From: Octopus sinensis | Lineage: Eukaryota | Length of the DNA: 5,976 nt | NCBI RefSeq assembly: GCF_006345805.1 | Contig: NW_021829517.1 | Coordinates: forward strand, 1-5,976 | Direction: 5' to 3' | Shown: one piece after another, positions 5,212-5,976 of the stretch | How the letters are laid out: each line of letters starts with the position of its first letter | Position numbering within the stretch: the stretch's first letter is position 1 | Position numbers and translations under genes: made by a program | Notes under the pieces: model-generated | What the model was told of the DNA's origin: nothing | The model's database searches: none | The model's input: only the letters and a program-made list of their open reading frames with translations

Positions 5212-5976
5212 ATGCCTGACTTGCACTCGTTCGTCCAACACCTTCAATCCCTCCTCAGCCGCTACCTCGCGTTCTTCCCCCCACAATGTTCCGCACCTGC
5301 TATAAAACTTTCCGCTTGCTTTTTAAGAAACCCGCCACTCGAGTCATTTTCCTTTCTTAGCCGGTGCCTCCGCCATCATGTCACACCCCGCGCGGTTCCT
5401 CTTGAAGTTCCACGCTACCCCCTATTCCTCCCCCTTCATCGAACCCCACCCTCGCTCGTACCTCCCGCTCCCTCCTCCGCGCCACCATCCGCTCCACCCG
5501 CCCCCTCCTTGACTCCCTCGACCATCAACTTCCCCAGGCCTACCTCCTTCTCTCCGCCCTCTGCCCTCCACTCTTCACCCAACCTATCCTCCGCTTCATT
5601 CTTAATCTCAACCACCAACTCTACAACCACCTCACACACACAAAAACAAAAACTCCACCTCCTCCTCAACCCCTCACCCCCTTCCCCATCCCCCCCACTG
5701 TCCCCCCTCCTTCGCACCTACCCCACCCTTCCACGGACCCACACACCCCCACCACCGTGACCTTCCTACGCCTAACCCATCTTCACCCAACCACCCCTAC
5801 CCTCCCCTTCACACCCTGCACCCCCTCCGCCTGCCCTAGTCCTCCACACCACCCCGCTTCCTCGCGCTGTTGTCACTATACCCCCCCCACCTCCCCCTCT
5901 CCGCCGCTGAGCGCTCCCTCCTCAGTAAGGGTCTCCGCTTCACGCCACTCACGCGCCACTGTGATGAGTTCGAGAC
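5212..5976 (+). pseudogene. Frameshifted N-terminal part of the PLE polyprotein ORF
   Basis: Stitching frames gives MPDLHSFVQHLQSLLSRYLAFFP.. / MFRTCYK.. / TRHSSHF / SFLSRCLRHHVTPR / FLLKFHATP.. / LRATIRSTRPLLDSLDHQLPQAYLLLSALCPPLFTQPILRFILNLNHQLYNHLTHTKTK (+3, 5475-5651) / KLHLLLN, then a Pro-rich linker, AVVTIPP (+1, 5866-5886) / HLPLSAAERSLLSKGLRFTPLTRHCDEFE (+2, 5888-5974). The SH..FL.RC....P..F.LK, K..KL..L and LSKGL.F.P motifs resemble PLE N-termini. The track ORF 5149-5760 captures only parts of this. Confidence 0.72.

Larger units (their letters stand above)
4757..5976 (+). mobile_element. 5' portion of a Penelope-like element (PLE): hammerhead, leader and N-terminal ORF region; the RT and GIY-YIG domains are expected beyond the right edge
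   Basis: Hammerhead followed by a frameshifted ORF containing AVVTIPP/HLPLSAAERSLLSKGLRFTP, which I recognise as the PLE pre-RT motif (L-S-x2-E-x3-LSKGLxFxP). The true 5' boundary may extend upstream to ~4230. Confidence 0.75.

Noticed and set aside
5436-5717. Minus-strand Gly/Glu-rich 93-aa ORF
   Set aside because: It is the antisense shadow of the C-rich PLE ORF.
5961-5976. GTGATGAG-TTC-GAGAC hammerhead-like words at the window edge
   Set aside because: Both core halves deviate (GUGAUGA, GAGA) and the bases lie in the coding frame CDEFE.

Overview
AT-rich, microsatellite-dense eukaryotic non-genic DNA made almost entirely of retroelements. The SINE family looks like the tRNA-derived SINE of octopus (coleoid cephalopods); this is from recognition, not a database search. 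No host gene is supported, and nearly every ORF in the track is a microsatellite or repeat artefact. In order: (1) the decayed 3' end of an R4/Dong-like non-LTR element, encoding a restriction-like endonuclease (1-318); (2) a full SINE on the minus strand (364-772), an internal SINE fragment (2116-2160) and a full SINE on the plus strand (2858-3316); (3) long simple repeats, including (ATCT)21, (GAA)43, (TA)n, (AG)n and (GATA)n; (4) a ~95-bp inverted repeat pair (2240-2334 / 3598-3694) with (TA)n outside both arms; (5) the 5' part of a Penelope-like element (PLE) with a frameshifted ORF running off the right edge. The main signal is two different minimal type I hammerhead ribozyme folds on the + strand (3551-3596 and 4757-4791). 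Both have a palindromic stem III that implies dimeric cleavage, and both carry the same non-canonical core CCGACGA instead of CUGANGA.
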